Shown piece after piece: positions 59,010-64,000 of a DNA stretch of 64,000 nucleotides. The DNA lies in assembly GCA_009103225.1 (NCBI GenBank), contig RHPI01002262.1:412317-476316 (forward strand), in the 5' to 3' direction. The notes below the pieces were generated by a model. That model did not search any database. It saw only the letters and a program-made list of their open reading frames with translations, and was not told where the DNA came from. Within the stretch, counting starts at the first letter, position 1; each line of letters starts with the position of its first letter. The DNA is from Chlorokybus atmophyticus (Eukaryota; Plantae; Mesostigma and Chlorokybus algae). A program made the translations under genes and the position numbers.

Positions 59010-60267
59010 GCGATTGGCTAAGATGAGCTCTATTTAGCGGCAACGATGCATGTACTATTGGTATTAATTCATAGTTGCCCAAATTGCTGCAGCTCACCTG
59101 GCCATGATGGCGCTGATGTGGAACGCCTATAAAGCTATGCTATGTGCCGCTCCTTTAACATGGCCAATGCAAGTCAGTCTACCATTATGAGGCTTGTTCA
59201 CTATGCACTGCTTTTGATTGGGAGGGGGGGGAGGCAGGCCACACAGATTGCTCCGGTCTATCCACCTTATGGCATGTACATCACACAAAGGCTCCGTGTG
59301 ACTTGTAGAAACGTTGTGTCTCTGATCAAAGAGGCCAACAACAAAACCCTATGCAGCGCTACTGAGCCCAGCCGTTGGCATGGAAGCATCACAGCACTNC
59401 TGCTGACTGTAACCTTATTTTTCTCTTGTTCTGACATTGTCGCTTGCATCCTTCTCTTGCCACTTGCGCTAACATGCAAGTGTTTGTTTGGTAACATTGG
59501 AAGCTGCAAATTAAGAGCCCTACGGAGCCACCAAAGCAGGAGCTGAGCATCTGCAGTTTTGAGTTAGTAAGCATTTTCGCAAGTGTTAGAGGTGTCGCAA
59601 CTAGGTGTGAGGTTGTGCATGTTGTTGCCGAAGTTGTGCATGCTTGCAACATACTTGCGGTCTTATGACTCAGCGTCTGTATGATGTTCACTTGTGTGAT
59701 CAGTTCAGCAAGTAAAACACTTGACACAAACTAAGCAACGTCAACTTGACGCTTAAAGTGCTTGACCTGTTGGTAGTCCGAATGACAGGGAAAGCATTAC
59801 ACTGCGTGTAATAATTCAAATGACACGTAAGCTGCTATATGTAGTAAGTAAAGAGTGCGATATGGTTTTGGGTCGTTTTGCAGCTGGCAATGTTAACATG
59901 TTATGGTTATGCGTTTGAACTAGCTGGTTGTTTCAGCAGTCAGAAAGAAGTTTATAACCGATCGGTTCTCGCGAGGAGGTCCTACAAGGCTTTTAACAAG
60001 TATGATTAAGATGGCGTTATTATTGTCATAGTGCTGCTTTGCACAATGCTGCTACTGGTGCTGGCCAGCGTCTGTGCCTTCATCCCTGGTGTTGTTGGCT
60101 TTAATATCTTTTGCATCAATGTTTACTATGCACATGCAGCGGTGGGCATTGCTCTTGCCTCACTGCTTATCATAGCCTTGAGCGTGGTAGTTATAACAAG
60201 CCCTCAAAGTTTATACAACAGACGAGAGTACTTTTTAAATAAAAATGCGCAAGGTTGGTGCTGTTAA
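59010..60267 (+). pseudogene. Internally deleted paralogue of the ANK-PGG gene
   Basis: Collinear matches to the reverse complement of 33470-33285, 33185-33055, 32915-32830 and 32665-32640, then directly to the last TM exon region 30865-30670 (LLCTMLLLVLASVCAFI...AHAAVGIALASLL). About 1.7 kb holding the ankyrin repeats is missing. Confidence 0.8.
59235..59398. repeat. 164-bp exact copy of 49556-49719 next to a single N
   Basis: Base-by-base identity by eye; preceded by a G-run and followed by N at 59399. Confidence 0.93.
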
Positions 60268-61865
60268 CAACACAAGCCGTTGCATTCGGCACCCATTGAA
60301 GGTAGCAGTAACTAGCTGGTGGCAGAGTATTAGCTTCAAGCAAATAGTGCATGCCAAATAAATGCTGTTGATTGCACGATAGTGCAGATGTACATATATA
60401 GCAGCTTAATCTATATTAGTAACACTGATATTATCAACAAGCACAATGCCATACGAACTCGGAGTCCGTAACTTATACAGAACTATACAGAACAACCCCA
60501 AACGTCGACTCTCTTTATATGAAAAGCTATGCTAAGTCGATGCATGCTTGGTGTGGCATATCTTTGCATAAGTTGTATTGGGGTGAAAGGCAGTGCAACA
60601 GCATGCTACAAAGCCAGCGGTTGCGGAAACTTCAAATAAGTGATTCAGCATGTGAACTTAAAAGTGCCAACTACCCTGCCAGGAAAGACAATATCAGCTG
60701 ATGTAATTTTTGTGTGGTGCGTGCATGCGTGTAAGCGCTTGCACGCACATGTGTGCATGCGTATGTGTGGCGATGTATATGGTGTCTGATAAATGGGCGG
60801 GCGTTCTGGTGCCACCAGAGTGTGGGTGAGACCATCGGTGTGCATTGTGGCATGCGTAGATGCAAGTGTGTGTTGGTATTGAATAAACATCCAGTGCAGG
60901 CCTACAAGCAAAGTCTTCATGAAAAACACCGCACTTGAACCAACTTGTGCTGTTTACAATGCACAATGCTTGTCATATTTCAATAGCACTATGCGATGCA
61001 CTGGGAGGGTTTTGTCAGCGCACACACAGGCCACCACGCGGGTGCATGCGTGAGCATGTATATGTGGTGTGTGGTCGCGCCTGTGCATGCGCATGGCCGC
61101 AATTGTTATGTGCATGTTGAAAGCCAAGCCGACAAGGCGTGGTGGCATTTGAACAACATTAGCTACAAGCAATTCTTCGAATTGTAAAGGGCTTGTGCCT
61201 TTCCGGAACAGATGGAACGGCTGGGCTAGTCACTTATTCTGTTGACATGGCATGACGAGAAAACATGACAACCTGGAGTTGAACTGTGCAACTCTGACGG
61301 GGTTTGGGGGTGCACTGCTGTTGTTTGTTTTGCATGCAATTAAATGCGAATCTTGCATGCGTTGAGCAATTTTTACCATTGAAGTGGATGCCGGAGATAA
61401 GATTGTCCTCAGGCATTGAACACCATGTTTTGCTTAATGTGGTTATCAATGTTGATCATTTGCAAGCGCACACGTGATTTGGGTGAGCCCGTGCGTATGT
61501 GTCACACATACGCACACTCTGTACGGTGCATGTGCCCCACCCCACCCACCCTCGGCGCCTGCGGCGCATTTAAGGAGAGTGGGGTGGGGTGGGGTGGGTA
61601 TACGAGCAGTTACTTGACAAGTACGGGACTCCTTGAGATTGACTACAATGGGCAATGGGCATACGGTTAATAGCTGTCGCGATCAACAAACACATGTAAG
61701 GTGGTGCGATCATTGTTCGTGATGTTCATTTTGTAGTATTTGTCAATTAGGAAGTGTGCATACATACTTGCATCATGTGAGCACCTTTACATGAGTGTGA
61801 AGACAGGAGCACACAAGACTCTCGTGTCTGCACTCCTTTTCGAGAGAACCAAAGATACTGTAAAG

Positions 61866-61908
61866 TGTAAGTAGAATGGGACATTGACAATGTCCCATTC
61901 TACTTACA
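61866..61908. repeat. Perfect palindrome, 21-bp arms, 1-nt centre
   Basis: TGTAAGTAGAATGGGACATTG-A-CAATGTCCCATTCTACTTACA. Confidence 0.95.
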
Positions 61909-63357
61909 AGGGGTAGTCTAAAAAGGTTCAAATCAGTAAGGCAGAGATGTGAAGAGGGAAAATAAAGTACAATGTTTATATGCATAACATCACAAACATT
62001 AAATGCCCGTAACTTGGCTGTCAACAAATCCCAAAAAACATGCATTATTACAAGTTGTGCCAGCGCGCTCGTCACATGCGGTTTTTGTAGCATAATACGG
62101 GAAAACAGGGTGCTTGCAAACTCGGCGCTATTGCGGTAACTTTCGACATCCTGCTAATAGATTTGTACCAGTTGGCATCTTGCGCATTGTTATGTTGGTA
62201 CTATGAGATGTGAAGAAGCACGCAGTGTTTTTGTGTCAATGGCCAATTGTTTTTTAGCAAGCTATCAAAGATTACAATAGTGTGCATACAATGGCAATCA
62301 GGAGGATGTGTTAATTAAGAATTTGCATCTACAACTCAAGCACACGTTGTCTCATAACCAGTTTTGACATGTGGATGCTGTAAAATATAAAAAGTAATGG
62401 CCAGCACCCTTGTGTTCTGGGACTGTTAGCCATAACTCTATTTACAACTTGGCAACTATGCGAAGCGAATTATAAACGTGCATGTTGCATTGCATCCGTG
62501 TTGATGTTTTTCTTGATATGTTTGCGTACGCGTTTTGTTATGCATAATGATAGCAAGAAATCATAATTGCTACTACTACAATATAGCCAATTGGTATTCT
62601 AGTATTGGAGTTGTTACCTTGGATTGAATGATGGTACTCTTGGTGCTTATCTTTGCACATGCGTGAGATAATCGGAACCACAAGCAATGCAATCATCAAT
62701 CATCATTAAAGCATGAAAGACTTAAACTTGGCAGATCACTTTCAAGTAACACAGGTCATCAACCAAATTGAAAAGCGTTGCTGATACATGAGCGCTTCAA
62801 ACATAAACCGTCCGGAAGATGTTCTGGGTGATGCCAGAGTTACCAGGTGAGGTCTCCCTTGGTCATGTAAGGTATGAGGGTGACTACAGCAGCCCAATGT
62901 ACACGGCGCCACCACGACATCAGAGCGCTGCGCCGCGCCGTACTAACTAATATGACATGTCACGTGACAGCCGATTTAGCGCGAAGTCACGTGTACTCAC
63001 TCCTGCCACCACCGTCCGATGCGCCATTCCCGCAGGATCGGACGGCCTCAAGGCCCTGTTGCCATTTCCAGCCACATACGAAAGCATAGCTCAGAGCTCA
63101 CTCACAGACACGCGCACACATACACACACGATTGTGGGCAGGAAGCTGTGGCATACACAGGCATTGAAGCAGTGGGTTGAGCTTGGAGTAGCATAGCATA
63201 GCAGAGCTGTGAAGTGTACACACAAACACACACACTTGAATCAAACACACTTGGCACGCAGTGTGAGTGTGGTTGGTGCTGCTGCAGTAGGTGAGGGAAG
63301 GTTTGAGGCTGCAGGAAACAGCAGACACAGAGAGGGAAGAAACAACCAGCAGCAGCC

Positions 63358-63880
63358 ATGGGTATCTTTGGAAGGTGAGAGACTTCCAGAGGAGTCCACC
63401 TGTGAGCGTGCGTGTGCGTGTGCGTGTGTTGTGAGTATGCGTGTGTGTGCGTGCATGATTACATGGGCATATGTGTGCGTGTGTCTGAGTGTGTCTGTGC
63501 GTATGCGTGTACATGTGCCTTTTGTCTCTACGTGACTGCATGGGTGTGCTTGTGTTCATGTGCTGCCAACACCAACATTGCAATCCGCACTTGCAGGAGG
63601 CGACTGCCAAGATCAGAGGCTGCTGCGGCCGCAGCGGCAGATTGCGGCGCAATCCGGATGCAGTTGGATGGCACCACAGTCCTGTTTGAGAAGGGTCAAT
63701 GGCGCTGCGGTGAGTTGATCAATTGCTGATGGCTTATCATCGTTCTGCGTAGAAGTGTGGAAGTAGCAGTGGCTGACTGGGAGCTCACAAATTGTCGCAG
63801 AGGGTATGCAAGGCCTTCCCAACTCAAAGGAAGGCATAGAGCAGGAGCTTATGGAGCTGAGGAACACCAACAAGAAACAG
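63358..63880 (+). CDS. Chibby-like ciliary basal-body protein, 5' exons (63358-63374, 63597-63709, 63801-63880); 3' end probably outside the window
   Basis: Spliced product MGIFGR RRLPRSEAAAAAAADCGAIRMQLDGTTVLFEKGQWRC EGMQGLPNSKEGIEQELMELRNTNKKQ. IRMQLDGTTVLFEKGQW resembles the Chibby core (MNLAGQSLKFENGQW) followed by the start of a coiled coil. GT-AG and phase-consistent. Confidence 0.65.
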
Positions 63881-64000
63881 GTATGTGCCATCTAAAGCAC
63901 ATCGCTCTATATACAATTGACCATAACCCGCACAGTACGTCCATGCTGCAAGGTACATTATTCAAGTCTGTTGGTGTGCCTGCTGGAAGGCAGAATGCTT

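Noticed and set aside
61866-61925. Helitron 3' terminus
   Set aside because: The hairpin is AT-rich and loopless, with no CTRR at the expected distance and no TC 5' end identified.

Overview
Eukaryotic, intron-rich, transposon-dense nuclear DNA, most likely from a flagellate-stage green or streptophyte alga. This is inferred from the DNMT-carrying Ty3/gypsy element, plant-type ANK-PGG and germin-like genes, and a Chibby-like ciliary gene. Left to right: (1) 1-11.6 kb is an LTR-retrotransposon nest: a young Ty3/gypsy with a canonical -1 gag-pol frameshift, inserted in a copia-type LTR, itself inserted in the RT of a decayed Ty3/gypsy encoding a cytosine-5 DNA methyltransferase between protease and RT; there are also two TSD-flanked solo LTRs. 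(2) A 20-exon DMXL/Rav1 (rabconnectin-3 alpha)-like gene on the minus strand, about 2190 aa. (3) An 887-nt N gap. (4) A large old inverted duplication centred near 47.6 kb, each arm carrying a head-to-head pair of an ankyrin-PGG membrane protein gene and a germin-like cupin gene. The left pair is split by an 8.4-kb Academ (XPG-type) DNA transposon with perfect 21-bp TIRs and a 4-bp TSD. The right pair is split by a pogo-like element that has a second pogo-like element inserted in its own TIR, and its ANK-PGG copy is an internally deleted pseudogene. (5) The 5' part of a Chibby-like gene at the right edge. No rRNA, tRNA or CRISPR array was recognised. All alignments and translations were done by eye; no database searches were run.
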